Below are positions 30,810 to 41,300 of a stretch of DNA of 64,000 bases, piece after piece. The notes below the pieces were generated by a model. The model was not told the DNA's origin, did no database searches, and worked only from the letters and a program-made list of their open reading frames with translations. Source of the DNA: an uncultured Ignavibacteriales bacterium (GTDB lineage: Bacteria; Bacteroidota; Ignavibacteria; UBA10030; SZUA-254); assembly GCA_963714795.1 (NCBI GenBank), contig CAVQPS010000009.1, positions 710,970-774,969 on the forward strand, given 5' to 3'. Each line of letters starts with the position of its first letter. Within the stretch, counting starts at the first letter, position 1. The translations under genes and the position numbers were made by a program.

Positions 30810-32429
30810 ATGGATTCTATGAAACGTCTATTAATATTCATTATCGTTCTTCAGCTTCTGTTTGCCGCTGCTGTTCTTGCCGGTAAAAGTTCTCCGCAGG
30901 ATGAACTATCTAAAAAACAGAATGGAAAAAATCTTGTCCTCATGTGTTTGTCCGCTCATCCCGACGATGAAGACGGCGCGACGCTGGCGTATTATGCAAA
31001 ACTGAACGGCGTAAAAACGTACAGCATCTTTTATACGCGCGGCGAAGGTGGTCAAAATGAAACCGGCTCAGAGTTGTACGACGATCTCGGCGCGCTCCGC
31101 ACAAAAGAAACGTTAGCCGCGGCAAAAATTCTCGGAAGCGAAGTGTATTTCCTGGGATTTCCCGATTTCGGTTTTTCTAAAACCGCAAAAGAAACTTTTT
31201 CGAAATGGGGCGGCAAAGACAGTGTTCTTGCTCGACTGGTGTACGTGATCCGCGCATTGAAGCCTGATATCATCATCACCAATCATGATACGGTCACGAC
31301 GAAACCGAGCCGACAGCACGGCAATCATCAGGTTGTCGGCATCACGGCGCTGGAGGCGTTCGAGAAAGCTGCCGACCCGCATTTTCATCCTGAACAATTG
31401 AACGACAGCATTACCACATGGCAGGTGAAAAAATTTTACTACCGTGTGTTCCGAACAAACGTGATGGTTCATGATAGCACCCGCATTGTCGAATTGGACA
31501 TGACAAAGCGGGATGCCGGCGGAACTTCGATTGTAGACCTCTCCATCCAGGCATTGCGCAATCACCGCTCGCAGGGAATGGATAAACTGACGTTCAATGA
31601 TATCCCGACATTTTTCCGGACGCATCGCTATACGCTGTTCCGTCAGAACCAAACATATACTTTCGATCCGCACGATCTTTTTTCCGGCATCGATCCTTCC
31701 GAACGAAGGACTGCATCAATTGCTTCGTGGAATGTTTCATCGGCATCTGAAAAAGTTGAAGCGGGTTCCGCAAAATCCATTACGGCGATATTTGACAGAA
31801 ATATCCGGATCGGTTTGGTGAAGACGTACGACAACACGCTCGAAGAAACGATGAAATCATTTTCGATTAATTATACGTTGATCGATTCATCACAGCTTGC
31901 CGCCGGAGATTTGAAACAGTACACAACGATTCTTCTCGATCTGCGAACATATGCATATCGTTCCGATGTCGAGCGGTACAATGACCGATTGCTGGAATAT
32001 ATGAAGAACGGCGGAAATGTTGTTTGCTTCTACAATAAAACCGGTGACTGGAATAAGAAAAAAGTTTCGCCCTATCCGATTGCCGTGTCAAGCGAACGTG
32101 TAACGGAAGAAGATGCGCCGGTCACGATTCTTGAACCGCATCATCCGTTATTCAATCATCCGAATCAAATCGATCGGAATGATTGGGGAGGATGGGTGCA
32201 GGAACGGAGTATTTATTTGCCGAGTGATGATACGACGTTGACGTCGCCGAAGTATGAACGGTTGCTTGCCATGAGCGATGAAGATGACCACCAACCGTCG
32301 ACCTCCATCTTGTGGACGAAGTACGGCAAGGGAACATATTCCTATGTTTCGCTTGCTTTGTACCGGCAGTTGCGTATCATGAACAACGGCGCGATGAAAC
32401 TCTTCTTCAATTTGATTTCACAACAGTAA
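30810..32429 (+). CDS. PIG-L/LmbE-family deacetylase with a long C-terminal extension
   Basis: It has a signal peptide and the LmbE motif LSAHPDDEDGATLAYY. I did not recognise the ~280-aa C-terminal region. Confidence 0.8.
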   Translation: MDSMKRLLIFIIVLQLLFAAAVLAGKSSPQDELSKKQNGKNLVLMCLSAHPDDEDGATLAYYAKLNGVKTYSIFYTRGEGGQNETGSELYDDLGALRTKETLAAAKILGSEVYFLGFPDFGFSKTAKETFSKWGGKDSVLARLVYVIRALKPDIIITNHDTVTTKPSRQHGNHQVVGITALEAFEKAADPHFHPEQLNDSITTWQVKKFYYRVFRTNVMVHDSTRIVELDMTKRDAGGTSIVDLSIQALRNHRSQGMDKLTFNDIPTFFRTHRYTLFRQNQTYTFDPHDLFSGIDPSERRTASIASWNVSSASEKVEAGSAKSITAIFDRNIRIGLVKTYDNTLEETMKSFSINYTLIDSSQLAAGDLKQYTTILLDLRTYAYRSDVERYNDRLLEYMKNGGNVVCFYNKTGDWNKKKVSPYPIAVSSERVTEEDAPVTILEPHHPLFNHPNQIDRNDWGGWVQERSIYLPSDDTTLTSPKYERLLAMSDEDDHQPSTSILWTKYGKGTYSYVSLALYRQLRIMNNGAMKLFFNLISQQ

Positions 32430-32435
32430 GGTTCC

Positions 32436-33899
32436 ATGACTGCTTCTTCCGACCGCGTGCAGGAACAGTCACATTTGATTCGCGGCGTCGGTCTGCTCGG
32501 TGCCACGTCGCTGAACATGATCGACATGATCGGCGTCGGTCCGTTTATCACCATTCCGCTGATCGTTTCGGCGATGGGCGGACCGCAGGCGATGGTTGGA
32601 TGGATCGTCGGCGCCGTACTCGTGATGTGCGACGGTTTGGTCTGGGCGGAGTTGGGCGCGGCGATGCCCGGCTCAGGCGGCTCCTATCGTTACCTCAAGC
32701 AAATCTATAATCCTGCCGGCTTCGGAAAATTCATGGCGTTCCTTTTTATCTGGCAGCTGACCTTCAGCGCGCCGCTTTCAATTGCTTCGGGTTGTATCGG
32801 TCTTTCACAATATGCAAGTTATCTTCTTCCTTCGCTTTCAACTTCGATCTTCCGGTATGATCTTCATACAATGATCCCATTTGCCGGAACTCTTGATGCA
32901 AGTATCGATATTACATCGGGGGTGTTCGTTGCAATGGGCGTTTGCCTTGCTGCAATTATTCTTCTCTACCGAAAAATCACAATCATCAGCCGCATCTCGG
33001 AATATTTATGGATTGGCGTGATGATCACGATCGGATGGATTATTATTTCCGGTGTGACGCATTTCAACAGTGAGCGGGCATTTAGTTTTCCAAGCGGGGC
33101 GTTCGATCTCTCCACGAATTTCTTCAACGGGCTCGGTGCGGGAATGCTTGTCGCAGTCTACGATTATTGGGGCTATTATAACGTTTGTTTTCTTGGCGGC
33201 GAAATACGCGATCCGGGCAAAACGATTCCTCGCGCAATCATCATTTCCATTCTGCTCGTAGCAGTCATTTATCTCGTGATGAACGTCAGCATTCTCGGTG
33301 TCATCCCGTGGCAGGAATTGAGTGCAACTGCATCGTCCGATGCGCACCGGTATGTCATTTCTGTTTTTATGGAGCGACTCTACGGAAGCTGGGCGGGTAA
33401 TCTTGCAACGATGCTGATTATGTGGACTGCTTTTGCTTCGGTGTTTTCACTTTTGCTCGGATATTCCCGCGTGCCATATGCCGCGGCAACCGAGGGCGAT
33501 TATTTCAAACCGTTTGCAAAAGTGCATCCTGTGCACCGGTTTCCGTACATTTCACTTCTCGTGCTCGGCGGCGTTGCGATGATATTCTGTTCGTTCCGAC
33601 TTGCGGACGTCATTGCTGCTCTTGTCGTCATCCGCATCATGGTTCAGTTCCTCGCGCAAACGATCGGCGTTATCGTTTTGCGTATCCGCCAGCCGCAAAT
33701 GGAACGTCCGTTCAAAATGTGGCTTTACCCGATTCCCGCGTTCGTTGCTGCCGCCGGATTTATGTATGTTCTTCTGATGAGGAAAAATTTTCTCAACGAA
33801 ATCCGCTATGCTATCGCTATCATCGTGATCGGAACGATTTTATTTCTTCTTCGCTCATGGAAAATAGGTGAGTGGCCCTTCCGGAAAACTGCAGTCTAA
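32436..33899 (+). CDS. APC-superfamily amino-acid permease
   Basis: 487 aa with 12 or more TM helices and an N-terminal GxG-type block (IDMIGVGPFITIP). It starts 6 nt after the previous gene. Confidence 0.85.
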   Translation: MTASSDRVQEQSHLIRGVGLLGATSLNMIDMIGVGPFITIPLIVSAMGGPQAMVGWIVGAVLVMCDGLVWAELGAAMPGSGGSYRYLKQIYNPAGFGKFMAFLFIWQLTFSAPLSIASGCIGLSQYASYLLPSLSTSIFRYDLHTMIPFAGTLDASIDITSGVFVAMGVCLAAIILLYRKITIISRISEYLWIGVMITIGWIIISGVTHFNSERAFSFPSGAFDLSTNFFNGLGAGMLVAVYDYWGYYNVCFLGGEIRDPGKTIPRAIIISILLVAVIYLVMNVSILGVIPWQELSATASSDAHRYVISVFMERLYGSWAGNLATMLIMWTAFASVFSLLLGYSRVPYAAATEGDYFKPFAKVHPVHRFPYISLLVLGGVAMIFCSFRLADVIAALVVIRIMVQFLAQTIGVIVLRIRQPQMERPFKMWLYPIPAFVAAAGFMYVLLMRKNFLNEIRYAIAIIVIGTILFLLRSWKIGEWPFRKTAV

Positions 33900-33903
33900 A
33901 AAA

Positions 33904-35142
33904 TTACTTGTTGAATTTCTTCAATGCAAAAATTCTTTCCATTACCGGCGGGTGAGAGTAATTGAGCGTGACATACATCGGGTGAGGCGTGAGATGCGAG
34001 AGGTTATCGACGGAAAGTTTCTTCAGTGCAGTGATCATCGTTTCCGGTTGTCCGGTTGTTTCCGCCGCGAACCGGTCGGCTTCGTATTCGTTCTTTCGTG
34101 AAAGGGCGTGCATCACCAGCGACAGCAATTCTTCGATCGGTGTGAAGAGCATACCGAAGAAAATCATTCCCGCGTAGACCGAAACGTGTTCCATCGAGAA
34201 TGCATCGAACAATTCCTGCCTGCTGATGAATAACGAGAGAACGAAAAACATCACGCCGGTGTGGAGTATGCTGATGATCATTCCCTGGCGGATGTGCTTC
34301 TTTTTGTAATGACCGATCTCGTGTGCGAGCACGGCAACAAGTTCCTGGACCGAATGATTCTTGATGAGCGTATCGAACAAAGCGATCCGTTTGTTGCGAC
34401 CGAAGCCGGTGAAGAATGCATTCGATTTGCTGGAGCGTTTCGATCCGTCCATCACGAACACATCCCGCAGTGAAAACTTCACCGAATCCGCGAACGACAG
34501 GATCGCTCTGCGCAATTCTCCTTCTTCCAGCGGCGTAAACTTATTGAAGAGCGGCATAATCCATGTCGGTGCAACGAATTGCACGATCACGATGAAAGCT
34601 GTTGCGATCAGCCAGCAGTAGAGCCACGCCATGCTTCCGGCAGATTCGAAGAACCAGAGCACGACGAACAACAGCGGTCCGCCGAGTAGAACGCCGAGCC
34701 CCAATCCCTTTGCCAGATCCGCGACAAACGTTGCCGCGGTTGTTTTGTTGAAGCCGAACCGTTCTTCTATAACGAAAGTCGAGTAAATGCTGAACGGCAA
34801 CGAAAGAATACTGCGTGCGAGAAGAAGAATACCGATGTAGATCATGCCGGTCCACGGCGAGCCGACGTTCCACGACCGGACGATACCGTCCAGATACGGA
34901 AATCCCCCGCCGAACCAGAAGGCAAGTGTTACTGCGAGACTGAATGCCGATGAGAGGATGCCGAATTTCGTATTGACTGCCGTATACTGCTGTGACTTCC
35001 GGTATTTTTCTTCATCGTAGACGCCGCTGAATTCCGCCGGCAGTCCGGCGTTCAGCGTTTTCATGTTGAGCAAATCTGCGATGAGATGAATTGCAAACTC
35101 GATAACGATCGTGCAGAGAATAATGACGGCGTAAATATTCAT
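33904..35142 (-). CDS. M48-family (Ste24/HtpX-like) zinc metalloprotease
   Basis: It has HEIGHYKKKH (HExxH) and an N-terminal multi-TM Ste24-type region. Confidence 0.9.
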   Translation of the reverse strand: MNIYAVIILCTIVIEFAIHLIADLLNMKTLNAGLPAEFSGVYDEEKYRKSQQYTAVNTKFGILSSAFSLAVTLAFWFGGGFPYLDGIVRSWNVGSPWTGMIYIGILLLARSILSLPFSIYSTFVIEERFGFNKTTAATFVADLAKGLGLGVLLGGPLLFVVLWFFESAGSMAWLYCWLIATAFIVIVQFVAPTWIMPLFNKFTPLEEGELRRAILSFADSVKFSLRDVFVMDGSKRSSKSNAFFTGFGRNKRIALFDTLIKNHSVQELVAVLAHEIGHYKKKHIRQGMIISILHTGVMFFVLSLFISRQELFDAFSMEHVSVYAGMIFFGMLFTPIEELLSLVMHALSRKNEYEADRFAAETTGQPETMITALKKLSVDNLSHLTPHPMYVTLNYSHPPVMERIFALKKFNK

Positions 35143-35150
35143 TGGCGTGA

Positions 35151-35735
35151 TTAATAATGATGAAGCATTTGGTCGATGCCGCTGCGGATCATCATGACCG
35201 CGATACCGGCGAGAAAGAGCGCGAAGACTTTTGCAATTGCCTGCGATCCCGCTTTGCCGATGAGATCGGTGATGCGGTGCGACTGCGAGAAGACGACCCA
35301 GACGATGATCATATTGACGAGCAATGACGCGATCGTCAACAGGTAGCCGTGCGAATCCACGAGGATGAGAATAGTGGTGAGCGCCGCGGGTCCCATGATG
35401 AGCGGTATGCCGATCGGCACGACGCCGAGCGACGATTCCGGATCGCGCTGCTCTTTTTTGGAAAACAGCAGGTCCTTGATGGCAAGGACGAGCAGGACAA
35501 CCCCGCCGCCGACGCGGAAATCATTTTCGGTGATGCCGAGAAAGGAAAAGATCAGTTTTCCCGCTGCAAGAAAAAGGATGGAGATGCTGAACGCGGTGAG
35601 CGTTGCCTCGACGGTGAGGATTCTTTTCCGGCGCTTATCCAGCCCGGTCGTGAGCGCGACAAAGAACGGTACCACGCCGAACACATCGATGGCGACGAAT
35701 AACGGTATAAACGCAAGCCAAAATGTTTGAAACAT
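35151..35735 (-). CDS. MarC-family (UPF0056) membrane protein
   Basis: 194 aa with six TM helices and the MarC-type N-terminus FIPLFVAIDVFGVVPFFVALT. Confidence 0.85.
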   Translation of the reverse strand: MFQTFWLAFIPLFVAIDVFGVVPFFVALTTGLDKRRKRILTVEATLTAFSISILFLAAGKLIFSFLGITENDFRVGGGVVLLVLAIKDLLFSKKEQRDPESSLGVVPIGIPLIMGPAALTTILILVDSHGYLLTIASLLVNMIIVWVVFSQSHRITDLIGKAGSQAIAKVFALFLAGIAVMMIRSGIDQMLHHY

Positions 35736-35891
35736 GAAGTGATTTCAATAAATAAGAAATGATGCTCTATAATCTAAGAGAATTTTGTTTGAATTACAAT
35801 GGAGGAGTGGCAAATACGACGTCACTGATCAACTCGATGTGCCTGACGCTCTCTCTGCAATTTGATTGAAGGTTTTGTTGGTGTACAATTA

Positions 35892-36520
35892 TTAATCGCC
35901 TTCCCAGTAACTGAAAGAAACAATTTTGTCAAATATGTTTTGCTTACCATTTCGAATTAGAAGTCTGCCTTCGATTGGAGTAACTTTAGATTCGATGTCG
36001 GGCTGATTCCAAAAGTCTCCGCGTTTGTCTATGCAAGTTCCCTGATAGATTAATGTTCCTAGTTGTTTTTGAGCAAAAGGTTCCTTTTATTGTGTCTGTC
36101 GTATATCTTTACTGATTGATTTAAATCTTTGCAGTCCCTCATACCATCGTTCTTTAACATTCCAAGCATAAAGAAGTCTCGGTAGATGCAGCTTAAAAAT
36201 AAAAGTGTATTCTGTTAATAGTTTCGAACTTCTCGGCAAAGACATTCTAAGATTATTCTATGTCCAAATTTTTGGAACCCTGTTTTGCTGTGAAAAAGCT
36301 GCATTCAAAATTTTTAGATTCAAGGATATTACAAAATGTATACTTTAATGTCGAGTCATGATTCTATGTGAAAATAATCGAGTTTAGAATTGTTAATAGT
36401 TACCCCATGTATCGGGAAGAAATAGCCGTCAGGATCAAAAACTTTTGATTGTTCGGAATTCTGTGCCTGTACAATGCTAAATAAATTTGAGACGACAATA
36501 ATTATCACAAAATATTTCAT
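35892..36520 (-). pseudogene. Decayed gene for a small secreted protein (several stops and frameshifts)
   Basis: My translation from ATG 36520 reads MKYFVIIIVVSNLFSIVQAQNSEQSKVFDPDGYFFPIHG.. then stops after 57 codons. Coding-like stretches continue in other frames and end ..DFWNQPDIESKVTPIEGRLLIRNGKQNIFDKIVSFSYWEGD* at 35892. The ORF track lists no ORF of 60 aa or more anywhere in 35736-36774. Confidence 0.4.
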
Positions 36521-36636
36521 AATGGGTTCCTTTCAATTGGAATCTAAAGAACAATAGCATCTCTAATCTCGAGGTAGTTGCTTTCAATATCTTTTTTTGG
36601 GTTATAATTACTCAGAATCATATGCAAGTCAATCCC

Positions 36637-36683
36637 CCAAGATTTCTTTGAGTATACAAAAAGTTTCTCCGTTAGTCAATTTG
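36637..36683 (+). repeat. Left direct repeat of the methyltransferase/ORF6N cassette
   Basis: CCAAGATTTCTTTGAGTATACAAAAAGTTTCTCCGTTAGTCAATTTG matches 38214-38261 with one indel and about three substitutions. A second shared block, GTGAGTCGCACATTT, lies at 36755-36769 and 38270-38284. Confidence 0.85.
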
Positions 36684-36686
36684 GAC

Positions 36687-36765
36687 GTGCGACTCACCTT
36701 CTAAGTGTAACCTTGCGAAGGTTTGGAACCTTCGCAAGGATTAGTATCCGCAAGGTGAGTCGCAC
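36687..36765. repeat. Nested hairpin containing REP-like copy 3
   Basis: The outer 14-bp arms are GTGCGACTCACCTT / AAGGTGAGTCGCAC. The inner arms are CCTTGCGAAGGTT - TGG - AACCTTCGCAAGG (36711-36739). It occupies the position where the right repeat copy has only 8 nt. Confidence 0.8.
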
Positions 36766-36774
36766 ATTTCCCGG

Positions 36775-37524
36775 TTAATCATTCGCTCGCAAAACGTAAA
36801 TAACCCATGGCGCAATCGTTTTCTCGCTCACCCATTTGTATGGTTCAGATTCGTTTCCTAATGGTTTGTAGATGTCAACCGGCGTCAACCCGGCAAGTTT
36901 ATAGGTTTCTTCGTAAGCTTCATCTGTCCAGATGATATCTTCGACCGGACGGCTGTCTTCCACGTCGAGCATCACAATGAACACCTTTTCTCCGCTCTTC
37001 GCATTTCTGTTTTGCGGAAAGTCTTTCGTAGAAAACGATGCCCATTCATTGACATAAATCTCCGGCGAAGAAACCACGCTCACAATGCATCCGTTCGGTT
37101 TGAGCAAACGCTTCAGTGATTGGAAGAGAAGAACTTTCTTCTCCATCGTCGGGATATTGTCGAATGTGAATGCGCACAACACCAGATCGTACGTGCTTGC
37201 CGCAAACCCGTCTAACTTGCCATCCGGAACGAGGCGATATTCTCCGTTAGGGTCACGTTTCCGGGCGAGTGCGAGCATGTTTTCTGCAATGTCCACACCG
37301 ACAACATCGAAACCCAATGTTTGCAAAAACCGGGTCGAGCGCCCCGTCCCGCATCCGAAATCAAGTGCCTTCTTGTCGTGAACGTGTTTGCTGATGATCG
37401 CCGGCAAATCGCGGAAGGCAAGGTAATACGTTCCAGGAAACTCGAGGCGGTCGTATGCCTCTGCCCGAACCTTGTCGTCGTAAACGTTGGAAAAATCGCT
37501 TTCCATTTTGATTTTCTTTTTCAT
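36775..37524 (-). CDS. Class I SAM-dependent methyltransferase
   Basis: 249 aa with motif I ALDFGCGTGRSTRFL and post-I VVGVDIAENML. Confidence 0.85.
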   Translation of the reverse strand: MKKKIKMESDFSNVYDDKVRAEAYDRLEFPGTYYLAFRDLPAIISKHVHDKKALDFGCGTGRSTRFLQTLGFDVVGVDIAENMLALARKRDPNGEYRLVPDGKLDGFAASTYDLVLCAFTFDNIPTMEKKVLLFQSLKRLLKPNGCIVSVVSSPEIYVNEWASFSTKDFPQNRNAKSGEKVFIVMLDVEDSRPVEDIIWTDEAYEETYKLAGLTPVDIYKPLGNESEPYKWVSEKTIAPWVIYVLRAND

Positions 37525-37557
37525 CAGCAGATTACTTTGAAAACGAGTTTGCGGATT

Positions 37558-38127
37558 TCACCGAATCGCTTTTTTCCGAAGCGAATAATGAACTTTTGGT
37601 TCTTCAATCACGAAGCCGATTTCGCGTTTCGGTTTTTCTTGCACATTGTCTGGAGCAGCTATTAATTGCCGGATTGCATCGAACACAATCTTGAATTGTT
37701 GATCGTATTTCTTTTCCATTTCTTCCAGTTTTCTGGCGAGGTCTTTGTGCGTTGCAAGGATTTCTCGAAGTCTGATAAACGTCCGGACGATTTGTACGCT
37801 TACCTGCATAGCTTTTGGACTGTTCAATACATTTGCAAGCATTAGTGCCCCATGTTCGGTGAACGCATACGGCAAGTAAGGCGAGAATTTGAGTTTGGCG
37901 AGGTGGTCACAATTTGTGACCACCTCAGATTTTTCTTCCTCTGTAAGTTCAAACATAAAATCCGATGGAAACCGATCAAGATTACGCTTTACGGCCTGCT
38001 TAAGTGCTTTGGTGGGAATGCCATACAGTATAGCAAGATCGGCATCAAGCATCACTTTTTGTCCGCGAAGAAAGATAATCGAACGTTCAATACGTTCTAA
38101 TGCTATCAATATTACTTGTTTCGTCAT
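37558..38127 (-). CDS. ORF6N (KilA-N-related) DNA-binding domain protein
   Basis: IIFLRGQKVMLDADLAILYGIPTKALKQAVKRNLDRFPSDFMFELTEEE..LPYAFTEHGALMLANVLNS is the classic ORF6N pattern. Confidence 0.85.
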   Translation of the reverse strand: MTKQVILIALERIERSIIFLRGQKVMLDADLAILYGIPTKALKQAVKRNLDRFPSDFMFELTEEEKSEVVTNCDHLAKLKFSPYLPYAFTEHGALMLANVLNSPKAMQVSVQIVRTFIRLREILATHKDLARKLEEMEKKYDQQFKIVFDAIRQLIAAPDNVQEKPKREIGFVIEEPKVHYSLRKKAIR

Positions 38128-38172
38128 TGTACATCCTCCCGTTTGGTTTTAGTTGAATTTGCATCGTCTTAT

Positions 38173-38199
38173 CTTGATGTTCCAAATTGGAACATCAAG
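38173..38199. promoter_or_regulatory. Perfect 27-bp palindrome CTTGATGTTCCAA-A-TTGGAACATCAAG
   Basis: Hand-checked 13-bp arms around one central base, in the divergent region between the ORF6N gene and the PgaB-like gene. Confidence 0.45.
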
Positions 38200-38213
38200 G
38201 TTATATATTTTCT

Positions 38214-38261
38214 CCAAAAATTTCTCTGAGTATACAAAAAGTTTTTCCGTTAGTCAATTTG
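38214..38261 (+). repeat. Right direct repeat of the methyltransferase/ORF6N cassette
   Basis: See 36637-36683. Confidence 0.85.
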
Positions 38262-38362
38262 TCTTGAACGTGAGTCGCACATTTTACTTTTTGCTTCTTT
38301 ACGGCGAAAACAGTATTATTCATGTAGAAATATTTGAAAAAGTGACATCTAACCACATATTC

Positions 38363-41300
38363 ATGCCGAAAAGGTTTTCATTGCGATTTGTCGTTCTCTT
38401 GCTGTCCGTTTTAATATTTAGCGGAATCTGTGTGAGCCAGGATTTTCTGGCGCACCGCGTGCTTATTCTCTTTGAAGGAAGCGACGTTCCGACGAACTAC
38501 GCCCGCGGCGATGCCCGCCAGCTTGCAATGCTGATGGGACATTTTACCGTCGATACTAAATTGCAGGGCGTCGATTCGTACCTTCCGGGCGAAATCAATA
38601 ATTATGACATCACATTCTTCGTCGGCTTTACGAAACGATACGACCCGCCGGAGAAATTCATGCGCGACGTCTACAACTCGACGCAACGGATTGTCTGGAT
38701 GAATACCGGCATGGAACGGTTTTCGAAGCAATTCAATCTTTCGAAACAGTACGGATTTACATTTACGCGGTTCGATACCGTTCTGCAATTCAATGAAGTG
38801 CGGGCAGGCAAAAAGACCTTCACCAAAGGCGAGCCGAATCTGAATATCATCAACATCACGAATACGAAAGCGGTGGAAGTAATTGCGACGGCATATTCCA
38901 CGTCGACACGTCGCGAATCGCCCTACATCATCCGCAACGGAAATTTTATGTATATCGCCGATTCGCCGTTCGCCTCGGCAACGGAAACCGACCGCTATAT
39001 CTTTTTTGCAGACATGCTTCATGACTTGCTTGGTCAACAGCATGAAGAGATTCACCGGGCGCTTCTTCGCATTGAAGATGTTGGCGTTTTTGACAATCCT
39101 GCCAAGCTGCGAGATATTGCCGACATGATGTATTCCAAACATCTTCCGTTCCTTGTCGGTGTGATTCCGTACTTTGTTGATCCGCAAGCCGGACTGCGGC
39201 TCAGCATGTCCGACAAGCCGGAGTTCGTCGATGCACTGAAGTACATGGTTGCGCACGGTGCAACCCTCGTTATGCACGGCATCACGCACCAGTATGAAGG
39301 CGTAACCGCGACCGATTTCGAATTTTGGGACGGCAGTACGAATAAAAAAATCCGCGGCGACTCGAAAGAGTTCGTCGAGAAGAAAATGAAAACGGGATTG
39401 GAGGAATTCTGGAAGAACAATCTCTACCCGCTTGTCTGGGAAACGCCGCATTATACCGCATCGCAACTCGATTATCCGGTGTTTGCGGAATTTTTCTCCA
39501 CCGCAATGGAACAACGACTCGTCATCGAAGATCCGGATTACAGTCAATACTTTCCCTATATAATAGAGAAGGATTTATATGGTCAACGAATCATTCCGGA
39601 AAATTTAGGATACATCCCGCAGGATCCCGATCCAAAAGTCGAAGAAGCGGCCGTTCAGCAATTGCTTGATGGAGCGAAAGCACAGCTTGCCGTGCGTGAC
39701 GGATTTGCATCGGCATTCATTCACTCATTTATCGACATCAAATATATCGAGGAATATGTCGACGGCGTGCTCGATCTCGGTTATACGTTTATGGATGTGA
39801 AGAACGAGCCGCATCAGGTCAGATTGAAAGACCGCATCGTTCTGACCGGAAACCAAATTTTCGATCTCACGCTGGACGATCAATATATGAGGAGAACATG
39901 GCTTGCTCCGAACGGTGAAGTCGATCATAGTGAAATTTCCGAGAACCGGATGAAAGGTGTTATCAAGGACACTATCGATGTTCCGCCCGGAGAGATTTTT
40001 ATGGCGGAACCGTCCGAATATCGCGAGATGGAAGTTTCCTGGCTGGAAAAAATGAAAGAACAAACCGCGGCGTTATGGAATAATATTTTCCAGAACGAAG
40101 AAATTTTCGATGAGGCGCGTGTCGGGATCATTTGGGACTCGCGTGCAAAAGGGAGCGACTGGAACAATCAGGCGAGTTTTGCTTCGGCATTCCGGTCGTT
40201 AAATATCGATATCGATTCGCTGTCGGGAGACAGCATCGGAAGCTTGTCGATGTATAATTTGCTTGTCGTTCCGTACCATACCGTCGAACGGTTATCGAAC
40301 AGCGATTATGATCGTATCGTCGAGTTTGTGGAAAGCGGCGGATGTTTGATTACCGACGGGAAAAACGAGCTTGCAAAAGAAGTCGGGGTGAAATTTGCTT
40401 CATCATCGATCAAGATCGAACGGATGCGTGACCAGATGTATCCGGAAGATGCGCTCGTCCTCCGGTCTCCCGATATCATGTCACGCTTTGAGGTGGATCG
40501 TAACGATGAATCGTTTTGCATCGATGAACGAACGGAAGCTCCGGTTGTCATCGGCAGGAAATACGGCAACGGGAAATTCCTTTTCCTCGGCCTCCGGTTC
40601 GATCCCGTTTCCACCGGTGGATTCACGCGGTTTCCCTATTTGATGGAATATATCCGGAATTATTTTCATCTCCAGCCGATGCTTCGGCGTGAAAATCTGG
40701 AGGTGTATTTTGACGACGGCTATCGCCACAACGTCAGCATCGAAGACCTTGTCAAACGCTGGACGATGGCCGGTGTGCGCGTCGTGCATGTCGTCGGATG
40801 GCATCAATACAAAACGTGGACGTATGATTACGGACGTTTGATCAAGCTGTGTCATGCAAACGGCATCCTGGTGTATGCGTGGCTTGACCCGCCGCAGGTT
40901 TCAGAAAAATTCTGGACAGATCATCCGCAGTGGCAGGAGTTGAATTACAAAGGCGAAGCGATCCGACCATCATGGCGGTATCCCGTTGCGCTGACAAATT
41001 CCGAATGTCTGTCAACCGTCAAGGGTATCTTCAAGGATTTCCTGATGAAGTACGAATGGGACGGCGTGAATATCGCGGAATTATATTTTGAATCGGGCAA
41101 CGGTCCGCAGGATGCAAAACTGTTGACGCCTATGCACCCGTCGGCACGGAATGATTTCAAACGAAAATTCAGCTTTGATCCGGCATTGTTGCTCGATTCG
41201 ACATCGCAATATTATTGGAAGAGCAATCCTGCGGCATGGAAACAATTTGAAGATTACCGCGTCGATTTGCTGACACATCTGCATGAAGAATTCCTGAAGA

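Noticed and set aside
38153-38362. The TTG-initiated 70-codon extension of the PgaB-like ORF.
   Set aside because: It crosses the palindrome and the cassette repeat. A proper signal peptide begins at ATG 38363.
38411-39547. A 378-aa ORF antisense to the PgaB-like gene. Similar long shadow ORFs lie at 22002..22844, 60474..61319, 15635..16303, 4972..5664 and 3654..4283.
   Set aside because: Each lies entirely inside a sense ORF with clear family motifs. The translations are Arg/His/Phe/Cys-rich with no recognisable motif. This is typical antisense open-frame persistence.
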